This document shows, piece after piece, positions 23,301-36,900 of a stretch of 64,000 bases of DNA. The DNA is from Lingula anatina. Lineage: Eukaryota; Animalia; Brachiopoda. The notes below the pieces were generated by a model, which worked only from the letters and a program-made list of their open reading frames with translations, searched no databases and had not been told where the DNA came from. A program made the translations under genes and the position numbers. The stretch covers positions 24,228,225 to 24,292,224 of the forward strand of contig CM120640.1 of assembly GCA_051362555.1 (NCBI GenBank), read 5' to 3'. Position 1 is the stretch's first letter; every line of letters starts with the position of its first letter.

Positions 23301-26300
23301 AGCTTGTCCTTGAATAAATCAATCACTCTTAAATCTAACATTCATTTTTGAGTACAAAAATGTTGTTATAAGTTAATTTTAAGAAGGCAACCACCTTTGC
23401 AAGAAAATTTATTTTTATGGTTGAAGTGGAAATGACTTATAATGAAGATTAGTTTGTAAAATCTTCCAAATAGTTTACCTATTAGGGCATTGTATACTTT
23501 AGAGAATGTGCATTCTGATGTAGATAAAATTATATTTACAGATTTAAGCTCAATATTTTAGATAACGTTATCTAATTACAATATATATATTTAACAATAG
23601 ATTTAATGGAGTGTATACTTTGATACCTTTCTCAAAAATAAAGAAACAGAAAAAGAAAGAAAAGAAAGATGAAAAAGAAGCAAAAGAAAAAGCTGAAGCA
23701 GAGGCTGAAGAGCAGGTTGGTTAATTATTTTGAGTGCGAATGGTATAAAAACTTCAAATGAACATTGTATATTATTTTTTCATTGACAAAGTCATTCAAG
23801 TGAGATATGCAAAGAAAGTATTTTTGAATCTCACTGGTGTATGTAAATGATGTGAACATGTAATTTAATAGATTTTGTAAAGGGTTTTTGGACAATTCGT
23901 TATATGTTGACAAATTGTTGTATTTATTGGCTGCAGATAATTAGTTACTATTATGCTTACTTGTTATATATTCTTGAGTTACAATGGTGCTAGACCATTT
24001 TGTCTTTAATTGTCAAGGGTATTTTTATTATCATATTAGCTAAACGCCAAATGTCACCATATTTGAAAATAGTGAAAGATAAATTATGAAATGGATGCTA
24101 ATTTTTATGTTGTGGTTGTAAAATATACAGCTGGAAGATGACAAGCTGACAAGAACTGGAAAATCAAGGGTACATTTTATTACATTTTTCAGTTTTATAC
24201 AAAGGCAATTTTATAGAAATGGTTTGATTCAGAGTGCTTTTAACTTAGAATCTAAGGCTTGAAAGAACCTGGAATTTTTCTTCCTCTTTGTTTCTCTCTT
24301 TTCTTTATTTTATGATTCTGATAAATTTGACATGAAATGATTGATTCTTAAAGTTATCCTCTCTGGGTGTTACTGGATCTTTAGTCATTTCATTTGTCAT
24401 TTTATCTTATGAATTCGTAAAACTAAATTATAGGGTATGAAAGTTGTGGTTCAGTGGAGATTAGTCAGTAAATATACATTTCATATTGCAGTCACATATG
24501 GGATCAGCCAAAGATCACACCCAACATCCAATAAGGAAGCATTTGATTAAATTTCTTTTCAAATCCTTAAAGTACTCATTTGTCCCAGGCTTTCAACTGT
24601 GTACCTAGGATCAAAGTTATACTCTGTGTGGGTGCTGATTGGCGTGGCTTTAGTGTTTCTTTCTGCTGATATATTATGGAACAACTATTCATGCTGGCCT
24701 GGTGTATTTAAAGAGACTTAAAAAGAAGATATCACACTAGGTTTTACAAAAATTAATCACTCCTGTAAAACGTAGGGCAAACTTATTTGGTAACTGTTAA
24801 ACTTGGTTTTGTAGGAACTGTTGGATCTTGAGATGAAATTGAGGAGAAGAGAGTATGAAATGATGGAATCAAATGATCAGGGTTTTCAGGTGAGCATACC
24901 ATATCCAACATTTTACTTATTTCAACATAGAAGATGGTAATGAAATGTGGGTGAATTTTAGGTTGATCACCTAGAGTTGCCCTCACTGAAGTCAACCACC
25001 ATTCTATTTTATGCTCTGTTGAATTCTTTGTAACCATAATCTGGAGCAACCTATAATCATATTACAGGAATAGTTACTATGTCATGAAGGTGCTACCGTC
25101 AATATATGTCAAAAGATACAATATAAAAGAGCAAATGTGTAATATCAAGCAACATTTTACAGACCTTTTTTTAATGATTTAAGGGGATTTAAAGGTGTAA
25201 ACAATAGTTTCATTGTATAACTTAGTTATCAAAGTTAGGAATATAAGATATAGAAATATGTGCACATTTCCTGGTATTTCAGATTTGTCCAGGATGATTT
25301 CAGAATGTAGTTTATATATATGAAGGTAAATTGAAACACTTCCTTAAAAAGACTAAATTGTTTTCATTTCTTTTGTAAAGCGACCAAAAGGACAAAACTG
25401 GATGAGCACAAGAATGGCACTGTCTAAGCAAGCCAGCAGATTTGAGCTACCGATGGACATGAAGTTACTGGAAAGTATGTATGACCTCAGCATTTCATCA
25501 GTAAAATTAAAAGGGAAAGTAACATTTAACCTACGATACTGGAAGACTACATGTATTTGCATATGGTACATAGTGAAAGTATTTGAAAAGATAAATTGGT
25601 TTGTTGAAAAGTTAAGATATGAGATAAAAATATCATAATATGAATACCTGTTTTTCAGCAATGAATCCACAAGACTACCTCAGAGAGTACTGTAAAGTTT
25701 CATCAAAGCGCACAGCAATCTATAAAAAGTTCTTTGACAAACATAGGGAGAAGACTTTCAATGTTACATTCCAGGTAACAAACTTTTATAGAATGTGGAT
25801 ACAATGTGTTCAATATTATTGGCAGAGGTGTTGTGTATGAGATATGAATAATATTTGTGTCATATCATCATGTAAGCTAGGTTATTCATATTTAGTTGAA
25901 AACTTATTATCACCACTCCTCAGTTGCATATGCCATTTTCATTTTGGCAGAAAAAATTAACATTTTTAAACAAGTGTATAAAGCAACCAAATCTAATATG
26001 AAAATGATAAAATAGTTTTATTCCTTACTTAGAGACTAAATATCATCAGTCAAACAAGACGAAAATGTTATAAAGTTGAAACCAAAACATTTTCTTTTGT
26101 TGAATTATTTCAGAAAATGTCTGACATATATGAAAATGATAAAATAGTTTTATTCCTTACTTAGAGACTAAATATCATCAGTCAAACAAGACGAAAATGT
26201 TATAAAGTTGAAACCAAAACATTTTCTTTTGTTGAATTATTTCAGAAAATGTCTGACATTCCTTTTTTATTTATTACAGAAATTAGACACAGTTCTAAAT

Positions 26301-26848
26301 GACGTTCTTGCTCATCCAATCAGCAAGGAGACATTTCAGGATGTGTGCTCCTTGGTACAGCTGGATGAAAACACCAGCATTGACTACAAACTGTTTGCTG
26401 GGATAGCGGCACTGTGTGAAAGGTTACTTTATACACGGTTTATGTAAGTAATTACTACTGAATCATTTTACTTGTTGATTTGAAATGGTTGAGGATATTA
26501 AAATATTAACAGCTGTTAAAATCTTTGTCCCAGCCCAATATTAGTGACTTTAGTACCCCCCCCCTACACACACACACACACACACGAACACACCACACTA
26601 TTACAATACTGGCCTATACAATACTGGTACACTTGAAAGAAAAACTGAGATATTTTTGATCCTTAATTTCCTTGCAGTAAATCTCATTTTTTTAAATATA
26701 AAATTTCAGCACTGAAGACACTGCAGATATGGTTGAATATCAGAAAGAGAGGATAGAATGTGCAGATTTCACAGCTCTAGAGTGGAAATTCCAAGGCATT
26801 CAGGCCAATCCAGAAGTGAAAAAACTGTTGTGGAGTATAGCTACATAG
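11384..26848 (+). CDS. Uncharacterised ~800-aa protein (gene A): RPxS/T-A-repeat N-terminus, His/Pro/Lys/Glu-rich middle, C-terminal degenerate EF-hand-like domain
   Basis: Exons 11384-12154, 13369-13642, 13911-13937, 14413-14528, 19122-19324, 21846-22002, 22469-22624, 23644-23715, 24131-24169, 24815-24889, 25381-25474, 25659-25774, 26280-26443, 26710-26848; GT-AG, phase-consistent and open (2403 nt). The C-terminus (SRFELPMDMKLLE...YLREYC...IDYKLFAGIAALCERLL...IECADFTALEWKFQG) looks globular. Some internal exons may be missed or alternative. Confidence 0.8.
13111..13162. repeat. 27-bp period tandem duplication
   Basis: TAACAGTGCATGATTTCATGCTTTG occurs at 13111 and 13138. Confidence 0.9.
15392..15824. 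repeat. Intronic tandem duplication, 2 x 216 bp
   Basis: Unit CAATAAAATTTAATAGGTGTG...GATTCAGTGAGAG starts at 15392 and again at 15608; identical by eye. Confidence 0.95.
19342..19517. mobile_element. Degenerate MITE-like element just downstream of a gene A exon
   Basis: Ends CAGGGTTGCTACCAAGG and GCTGGCTGCAGGTCTG are imperfectly inverted. Internal GGGGAGTTC/GAACTCCTCC inverted pair. Resembles small non-autonomous elements common in marine invertebrates (from memory, not searched). Confidence 0.4.
25996..26259. repeat. Tandem duplication, 2 x 132 bp, just upstream of an acceptor
   Basis: ATATGAAAATGATAAAATAG...GAAAATGTCTGACAT at 25996 and 26128; ends 20 nt before exon 26280. Confidence 0.95.
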
Positions 26849-28370
26849 AGATGGGAGTGGGAGAATATCACTTGACTTCACAGCCAAAGTGAATTATATT
26901 GAGGCTTTCTCTGCATGGGCAATGTGGTCTGCTCATTGAAATAAGAGACCACTCCTATCCACTTGTATTCTCTCTGCCTCGTCTATAGCCCTCGTCTAAA
27001 CAAGCTGCAACAGGGGCCAAGACAGATAGGGTATACTTGGTAAATCAAGTGAAAAAGCCAGTTTATCAAATGAAACCCACTTGTTCTTTCTCCAAGCATG
27101 TGAGACTATGAGAACATAGTAACGGCATTCATTTTCAATGAAGCAGAGGGGTTGTTTGTGATTAATACACTTATCTCTTTCAAATTCATTGAACAATCAA
27201 AAATTCCAAAGATATCCAGGAAATTTTCAGTGAGACAAATGTGATAATGATATGGTAGCAACATAGCTATTCAAGTCAAACCAATGTGCAAAAGCATGCT
27301 TCAAACACATGCATTGACACGGGAGATAGTTAGTTCTCTCAGTGCTACAAATCTAGAAACTTATCAAAATATTTTTCAGGCATTTAATTCTAGTGATAAA
27401 GACATAAGCAATGTTTCAGATATAATTGATAAAATATTTTGATGGCCCTGTCAGCAGATCTTTTTTTAGCTTTATGCATTTTAGTTGGAGATAAAATTGC
27501 TTTAGTCAAATCTAATTTTATCTACTAGTCTGTGATCTTCTTTAGACAGACCTTTTTAAGACAAATCATATTTTGAAATATTTCATCAGTGTGCAATAAA
27601 GGTTGATGGTAAGAGAGAGAAAATTAAATCAAAAATCTGTTTGTGTGCTTGGCATGCATTTATCCATTGCACCTTGTGCCATTTTTCATAACATGGAAGT
27701 ACTATTGTGTATTATTATTCATGTAACAATAAACCATACTGTTTATAAAAATTCTAGTTCCCCTTTTTATTTTGAATATTTCTTAGAAACACAAGATGCT
27801 ATATAAGTTTTTTAGAACTATATAAGAGCACATATGCTGTATCACTTAAATTGTACTTGTACTGATGTCATCCTGACCTGAGTCTGTGACCAAAACAGCA
27901 CTGACAAAAAAGAACCGCATATTTTAAAAGATATTTTACACGTAAAACAATCATTATTAAATGCTCCACAATCATTGGTTTTGTAATGAAATATTAACAT
28001 CTTAGAATCATGTTACAACATGTGGAAAACTTATGGGAATCTTTTTTGCCCAATTACATTTACATTTGTGGTAGTAACTAAAAATACAGTATGCATTTTT
28101 TTTTCAAAATTAATACGAGATGTAAAATCCCTAGGTATAAAATATTCCACAGTCAATCGTTTAAGTGTATTGTGTAGTCACTATATGACCATGCTCCTAA
28201 ACATCACTTGGAAACCCTCACATTTCATCCCTCCAAGTACATGACTACTAAAAGAAAATTATCTCTAGTTATAATTTTCAGCAGATTCATTCCCAATTTC
28301 TGGGGTAAACAGGTTTCCACACTAAAATAGTCCCTTACAGTATGCTGGGAGTTTCCACAAAAGCAACAAA

Positions 28371-31300
28371 CTAGTCACTATCTTCACTGTTACTGCTGTC
28401 AGAGTAATTGCCAAGTAAAGACAATCCACCAGCAACTACAGGTTTACTTGCTGTAGCAGTGCTTGAAGATTTTACATTATTGGATACAGAAGTGGTCCCA
28501 TTTGCTATGGTCTTCTCTTTGTCATTAGTTTCATCTGATACACTAGCTGATCCATTTTCTCCTGCTGTGGGGGTCGATACATGTTTTGTTTCTGTGTTAC
28601 GGTCTTTCTTAGGTTTAACAAGAACCAGTCCTTTCAATGAAGATTTCTTTGACATAACTCCCTGACTTTTCTTCCATGGTTTTTGCTGTGAGGAGGTTGA
28701 AGTCTTTGAAGATGAAGATGTCACCTGTGTTGTCTTTTCTGTGTTGACATCCTAAAAAGAAATTCCACTTGTGAGATTTTCTGACAGGAACATGTCTTTC
28801 ATTACCCTTCACTACACAAATCATCTAAAGGCAGCTAATTCCGCTTACATCTACTGCACCATTTATCTATTTGATTGTAATAGCCTTCAAGAAAAATATA
28901 TAAGCTTGCAGACAGACAACACCAGTAAAGAAAAAGACCCTCTACCAGGGCTACAGATCGATTTTTCACTAAATGTTCACACGTCTCTGGCTAATATTGG
29001 GCACTTCTCTTTACTGGTAGAATGACATCATCATTCAGTTGGCCTCCACTAGACGGAGAAAAATGTGTACTGACTATAAGCCAAACTACAGTAATACTCA
29101 GCTTACCTCTGCCAGAATATCTGTGGGTTTGTCACCAACTGCAAACTTCTTCATTACAGGTACTTCTTCACTGTCACTATCATCTGATTCATGGATCCTT
29201 TTGACTAGTCCCTCATCCTTCTTCCCAAACACTGACCTGCAACAGAAAAAGGAAAGGGGGTTAATTTCCACTCCAGTTAATTTGGATCAATTCAATTACA
29301 TTGTATAATTCATAGTTGTATCAGCATGTACAACCAAATGTGTGCTGCAAAATATACTTAAAATATATATTAGATTAAATCATGCAATTGCATAATATGT
29401 ATTACTTCAACAGAAGAGCACTTACTGTATGAACTTTTCATCTTCTTCATCCTGAAGCTTTGCCAGTTGTTCTTCATAAGCAGCATGCAGTTCTAACATG
29501 GTATTTTGGTCCACTTTCTCCTTACGGGAGTTGATTTCTCTGAGCTCCTCAAGATTTTCCAGCATCTCCATTTCATTTCTGGATTGTTTTGTTCGATTTT
29601 CTAACAACTAAATGGTGAGTATATTCATTTAATAAAATGATAATATATAAAAGATCTAATTTTACAAGAAACTGAAGTAAACAAGATTTATCTAAATATA
29701 AAAAGGCCCCAAAAAAGGCCAGATATATTGCAATTGCCAAAAGTCATATTATCATGTAGGAATGAGTTGAAGCAGGAGGACATTTTAAAGCAGGGAGTGT
29801 ATCAATCAAACACTTCAGTTAGTAACTTGGATTAAAATGAAACTGACAAACCCTTGATAAAGGGGAATCAGGTAAAACAACTGAAAACTAACTGTACAAA
29901 GTTAAACTGGCCCACTTGTAATTACACAGCTCATAAAAACAGCTCACCTCTAACAACACATTATTCTACGATTATTATTCATTATATTATTATCAGTTGC
30001 TCACTTTCATTGGGTTGTTAGCTTCCTCCTCTTCCTTCTGTTTTATTTCATCCCTTGCCAACTTCTCAGCTGTTTTCATGGCCTCAAAATTCCTGGTGGC
30101 ACCTGCTTCTATGGCATAGTCTGTGTTCTCAAGATCTGTCTGAAATTCAAAATAAATGTTTTACATTTCAAAATGTTAATTAGCATGCTTTATCTCAGAA
30201 AACTCCGCTCAGTAAGTTGTAAGATGTTTTTAAATACACAGGAACTGACAACTTTAGGAATGTGTGTATCAAATATAGGATGGTAATGCTTTATTCATTG
30301 AAAAAATCTGTTGGTTGCAATAACTACATATTTTACAAATAATAATAATATTAATAATAAATAAATAAATAATAAAAATAAAATTCAAAATGTTTGAACA
30401 GCACTGAAAATTCTGTGAATTCCTGAAAACATATCTTTACCTTGAAAGAAATCTCTGCCACACATCTTGGACACCTGATATAAAATCTGCGTATGTGCAG
30501 TCCCAGGTAGTTCTCATTCTCCACCAGCTCAGTTCTGGAGTTAAACTTCTTACCTTTGTAAATGTACTCACCACAAGTGTTACACCTGGAACACAATAAA
30601 TAACATAAACATGTTGGATAGAATTTCAGTAAATATAAATAGATTGCCACATAAAATTGAATGGAGCTTATTTTGCCAATAATAATGTTAAAATTACACT
30701 GATGAAAGAAAAGCACAAATTCATTAGATTTAATATTAATTGTACATTTTTTAATACATGCATGTATTAAAAGATAAATGGTTTTTGTGTATAGGGGTAT
30801 TCTTAGAGTGGGATGCAAAATGATCATTATTTTGCCACTTTTTTTCAGGATAGACACACAGACATTTGAATGTGAACTTATGATATTTCCAAGTACATGT
30901 ACATATGTGCATGTATATATGTTATCGAGGAAAATGACATAACTGCTAAGGATCTGTCAATGTCCTCACATTAAAACAATAAGTGTATTTTCTCCAACCG
31001 CCATCACGGTCCATGTGTTTGTCTTTACTTACCTCATATTAAATGGTGCCATGGTACGGATGTTGTAAACACGGTTTCTAGCTTGTTTGAGTTTGGGAAC
31101 TTTTGAAGGATCAAAGTCTGGGGGATAGTATTTCTGTAATAGAAGTATGCCAAAGCAAGTTATATTTACTTTAAGTTAGACAGTGTCAGAACCAAATACA
31201 AAATGTTCTTTTGCAGTAAGTATCCCCTTCCCCTTTCCAGCCCCATCCCGCCCTCAGTGGGGGCATTCTACCTAAAGTTTAAACTCACTGACATATCTTT

Positions 31301-31530
31301 TTTAGAATCTGGTCTGAATTAATGAAATCACAGATGTAAATCGACAGCTTTACAACATACTTACAATTTTTCAGTGGTGCAAAACAACAAATTAGAAAGT
31401 TATCAAAAGATGGAGCAAACTTGATCTACCAATGATAATGTTAATTTAACTACATGATGCGTGTGGAAATCACACACACACACTTAAGATATAAGAATTT
31501 ACTTACATTAAGAACCTTTCTTTCTGACAT
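28371..31530 (-). CDS. YJU2: Splicing factor YJU2 (CCDC94), ~365 aa, 7 exons
   Basis: Exons (minus) 31530-31507, 31133-31033, 30585-30441, 30139-30005, 29607-29426, 29236-29107, 28751-28371 (1098 nt). [49 protein letters not shown] (Zn knuckle), [18 protein letters not shown] and C-terminal [10 protein letters not shown] are YJU2 hallmarks. Confidence 0.96.
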
Positions 31531-33975
31531 TTTGACAGCTCAGTTGCTCACGTACTAAAGTAAACTTCTCCAAAACGTTATCGTTCGTCGCGGTCGTCGT
31601 CGCAGCAGTAACCTTCACCTTACATGCAGAGCTACCCAGTTATTTTGTAAAACGGATGGAGTCAGTGATGATGTACGGAGGCTCTTATGTGCCATTAAAA
31701 CCTACCGCATTGCATAGAGTGGTCGTGCTGTCCACACTGAAACAGAAAATACCATCTTGTTTAAAATTGTGCTTTTATCATGTCTATTAACTCGTTATCG
31801 CCTTTTTCGTCTTTTTTTTTTGTGCTCTCTTTTTTTTTTGCTCTGAAAAGAAAAGCAAACAAGTTTTTTGTATCATAGGCATATACATATTCAAGACTTC
31901 ATTACCATTTCAAAAATTAGCTGATTTGTTTATAAACTCAAGCTCGTATTTGTTTCACTTTTAAATCATAATGTTAATCTTGGTCAATAAGCTGTATCTA
32001 CTAAATGAACTAATTTTAACATTTTGCTGTGTAAAATGTCGCGTTTCCTGGTATGCTACAACATGCACAACTACAATCAGGCACAGCTACTACAATCTAA
32101 CCAGACCATGGCAAAGGCTTCTCAGACTTGTGGTGATGCAATGAGAGCAAAAAAAACTTCTCTTCCCTACCTCCGTGACCTAAATTACCTTATTGCCAAA
32201 GAAAAACACATCCTTTCCTTTTTTAATGATCCTCCACGGCATCTTATATAGGGTATTTTTAATTAAAATTAACATATTAGTCATGAACTTCGGGTTTGGG
32301 TTTTCAATCTATAACATTTCCGAACATTCCCACTTTAGTTTTTATATCCTGCGGCCCAGCCAACAAGAAGGTCTAGATCTTCAAGTCTAATCTTTTTCTT
32401 CATCTGATTTGTGGCAAATAACCAATGTCAGCGACAGGTTCTACAGTACAAAGTCTGTACCTTATGCTGGTTCTTGTATTCAATTTGCAGTGAATACATC
32501 AAAGGTAATAATAACACTGAATAACATTAACAACAGCCAAAAGAGTAAGATACGAGTGCTACAGAACGAAAATTTGATCTTCAGTTCTCCCTGAAGAATA
32601 AATTCTTGCTGCTCTTGGAATTGCTATTTTTTTTTTTTTTTTTTTTTTCAATTTATCGATGCGAAATCCCACAACTCATGTTTTCTTGATTACCGTTATG
32701 CGCCGGTGAAAAACAAATATAAATAAAAAAAAAAATCAAAGTCAACAAATTATCAGATAGGCGGATCTACATCTACAGTTGTACCTGGTAGTTTAATGAG
32801 ATACTACTGCAGCAATACCGCCTGCATTTGTGCAGATACAAGGGCTTTATTTGCTATTCATCATTATTTACGCAGTTTGTTTTGCGTTTGTGTTAAAAAG
32901 AATTTTGAAAATGGATCACCAAAATTGATATATTTGATAACGTTCCTTTTAGTATCAGCTAGGAAAGAATAACCATTGAGTATCGTAAGTTACAGTGCAT
33001 TTAACTAAAAAGGTGGATAAAAGAATTACTAAAATCCATCCACTCGATATAAACCAATCTTTTGTTGAACCATAGGTGCGTGTTAAAAAAAGAGATATTG
33101 ACGCAAGTAGAAGTAATACTGAATGCAAATCTTTTATAAGCCGAGGTGAATTTGATATTTGATACCGCTGCTATAATTTCTTGGTACGATTTAGTTGGAG
33201 ATCGTAGCTACAGATTAAATAACTTTTGTTATTGACGCCTTGACATTTTAAAGACAAACTTAATTGGTGGACGGATGGATGTGACTGAAAGAAAACAATG
33301 GACCGAATAGACACTGACGGATATGAACAAAAACAAGCGCATAATTTAAACAGACTGATTAAATGCATTGAAATAGTATACACATATCAATTAAATAAGT
33401 TAATATCATATACACCGTTCAGCTGGTCTTTTTACTACATAATATTATTATTTCTTAGAGGTCACGTTCCTCTAAACCTCAGCCGCATTCAATGCATTCA
33501 CAACGCCGACCTAAAGAAATTAATCTCAGCCAGCTTACGCTTGGTCACAGATCAATAATGTTCTTGATCTTGGTTGGCAACCGGGCTCATATCACTGTTT
33601 GCGGTTATCAAAAGGGCATTCTGTCGTTTGTTTATTTTGTAAAGCGCATGCGCCCTGTAATAATTTACTATTGCCAAGGAAGCAACCCCGACCAGCTGAA
33701 AACGGGATAAAAAGCGTGGTCAAAGATTTATTAGATTTTTATCAACAGTTCAAGGGAGTTAAGTACTCGAGTATTGTTGAAACGATACGTTTTCCATTGG
33801 AAAATGTTCATTTAACGAGCTCTGGAGTTTTAAGGGACCCACAACCGCAAAACTTAGACCGAGTTTGGAACTTCACTCAAAACGAATTCGTGATCGCTGG
33901 ATGGCGATTCATGTAGTTTTCTGCCTCGCGGAGTTTATACGGTAGTTGAGAGGAAGATGCGAGCTGGTGCCGAAA

Positions 33976-36900
33976 ATGTTGACCATGTCTACAGTTAATC
34001 CTGTGTCAGACGAAAGAGCAATTCGACAGTTGCCAACATTGCCTAAGGCTAAATCCGCAGGGTCGGGAGGCTCTGGTAGTGGGAACAGTTTATCACCTAC
34101 ACGGGACTTTAAGCAGATTGACATCCCCAACCTCCCCCCTTTAGTCCCCCGGGACGCAGACGAGCTCAGTGCAAGGAGGGTTCAGGCCAGACCCACAAAG
34201 GTTGGTGCTTGCGATTTGTTGGAATCCTTAATATAAAGGCATGTAAAGTCGATGCAAAGTTGAGTAAACTGATAATGTCCAGAAACAAATGTTTTCACGT
34301 AGCACGAAAATTCACACACACACGTAAGTACAGATCAGAATCGTCAGTTGGAGTGCTAACGCATGAATTTTCGTGCTAGCTTTCACGGAGGCGTTTAGAT
34401 ATTGAATCTGTAATTTTTTCATATTTTGACATGAAAAAAGATATTTACTGTATGTTTTTTTAAATTAATTTTTTTTCATTATATTATCCTTATTTTCAAT
34501 CAGTAAAGCTTTTTTTATGAATGTATGAGTGAATATGTCAGTCAACCCCTAACCCCTACCCTCTTACTGAATATATTAATTGGCATTACTTGTTACATTT
34601 AGTTCAATATTATAGTAAATCATTAATTAGATGAAGTTGTGTGGATAACTTCATAACAAAAGCTAATTCTTCAATCAATCTCAGTTCATGATTTTTTGCA
34701 TAAGCCTTATGTGATGAGATCAATACAGTTATAATCAACCTGTATAATTCTCTGTGACACCGATTGACACCTTGATTATTTGTTGCCCTGTGTGACTTCT
34801 GCCAGCCGTCTTCAAGTACCTGTAAATAGATCAATATATCTGTCCATAGTCATAAGCTTGTTGTAATTTAGTTCTTGGGTTGTATTACTATACAAATAAA
34901 ATACTTTTTTACTTAATGCTTCAATCTAGATGCTGTACCAGGCTCCAATTAACTCATTTGATTACAGTTAATGCAAAACAAAGTGGTTTTAACGTAATCT
35001 AGTTTTTTATGTACTGTTGCCCAGATCTTATTTCATTTGTTTTAAGGATAGTAACTTACTGTTTACCATCTAGTTAAATTCTGTGAATATTCTAGGTATA
35101 TACTATTGGCATATTTTATTTTAAAGGTCCACACTTCTCCCAATATGCATGCCAAGTCAAGGTTTGAAGACAATCGACCAAAGGAATTTAATACAGAGCC
35201 ACTGCCATATCAGCCTCAATATTTCAAGTAAGTAAAATGTTTTTGTGTCTTACAACAACCAGAATAAAACCTCAGATTTGATATGAAGAAAAATGCCTAC
35301 CAAGTGAGCTTATAATTATAACATTTCAAAAATTGATGTTTGCATGTACATGCATTTGCTGCCCAGTCTTTTACAGATATCTGAAACTGGGAGGAAAGTT
35401 GTTCCATATCCATTTTCCAAAATTGAATGGACTTACATAAATTGTACATTATAAATGTAACTTGCTTTGGTGCCACTGTGGTCGGGACAATTGAGATATT
35501 GAAGAATTGTTGTTTAGTTTAAGATGTCTTCTGCCAATTAGGGAAACATTTGGTTTCTGTTTGTGAAATATCCACAATATAAATATGATAATGAAATACT
35601 GATCAGAATTTACACTATAAGACACAGCATGACACAGACATAGGGAACATACATAGTAGACCCTTAAAATGTCAGTCATAACTGTACTACTATTTTCACC
35701 ATGCCTTCTATCTAGTAGTTGTCAGCTTATAGTAAGGATAAATATTAGTTTTGTGAGAATAGTGATCCTTTGTAGTAGAAGAGGCATTGGCACACAGACG
35801 TGAGATGCGATCTGCATAAGTAAATTTACAGAGTCTTTAAGTGTTTATACATTCTTCTATCAAGTTTGAATGAGTTAATAGAATTAAATTGAAAGACCCA
35901 ATCACAAGTGATTTGGTAGTCTTATTGAAGTGTGAAAATAAGTTAAGTTGATGTGTATATTAGAGAACTACTGTTTATGAAGTTAAATGATTTTTATTAC
36001 CTATTTGTATTTTTGCTTTTTTAGTGCTGCAAAAGCATGTTAGTTTTTCATTGATTTAGGTCCTTTACTGTCTTTTTGTAAAGGATTAATTTTTTTTGTA
36101 ATGTGTTAAATTAATAGCAGTATTGTTTTGAGACTGAAGTTTATATTTTATTTTTGTAGATCTTCCACGATGTTGAAGAAAGTGTCCATTCCTAAACGTC
36201 ACCAAGATACCTTTGGTGGTAAAGAAGTGGCTATGACAAGACAGAAAGAAGTAATCATTCATACAGAAAGATACCAGGTACGTATTTTTGCACAGATTTT
36301 AGAAAAATTTCATAACCTCTTTGGTTTTCCAATCCCACATATATTTCTGAAAATTTTGAAAATTTGAAAGTGGGTATGGAGTGAAGGGGGAGTCGGTATT
36401 AAGCATTTTGCTTGTCAAAATTTTTGACAGAAATATGTTTTAATGCCAAAAGTTTGTTTTGGTTTTCTTCATAATAATAGTAATGTGATTTTTTAAAATC
36501 TGTAGTTTATCAAATCAGCTTTTTTAGCATTGTCAAAGTGCCAGATTTTTCTTTTCAAAAGTTTTAATTTCAATAGATATATACTGATTTTCAAATCAAA
36601 GTGATTTGAAATCCATGAGATGAATTAATGTTAAATGACTTGTGTTGCCAGAGAGAGTCTCCAATGTTTGGTATTGGAAAAGTAAGTAGACGGAGTTTGG
36701 TTACTGACAGTTGCAAAACAGGGTGGAGGTGTATACTTGAAAGTTTATCAATACAAATTAAAGTGAATTGATTTTTGTGGTGTTTTAACATATTGCATGA
36801 GATATGATGATAAAAAATGCATGCGACACAGTGTGATTGATTTTTTTTCCCCAACTGGCCTGGTTATAGGCATGTGGCTTTCTGTGACTGTGAAACTTGA

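Noticed and set aside
24492-24608. Open segment after a CAG acceptor as an alternative terminal exon of gene A
   Set aside because: Intron-like composition and no supporting evidence; downstream exons continue in frame without it.
15392-26259. Direct repeats as CRISPR arrays or LTRs
   Set aside because: They are adjacent two-copy duplications with no spacers, no cas genes and no internal retroelement ORFs, in a eukaryotic context.
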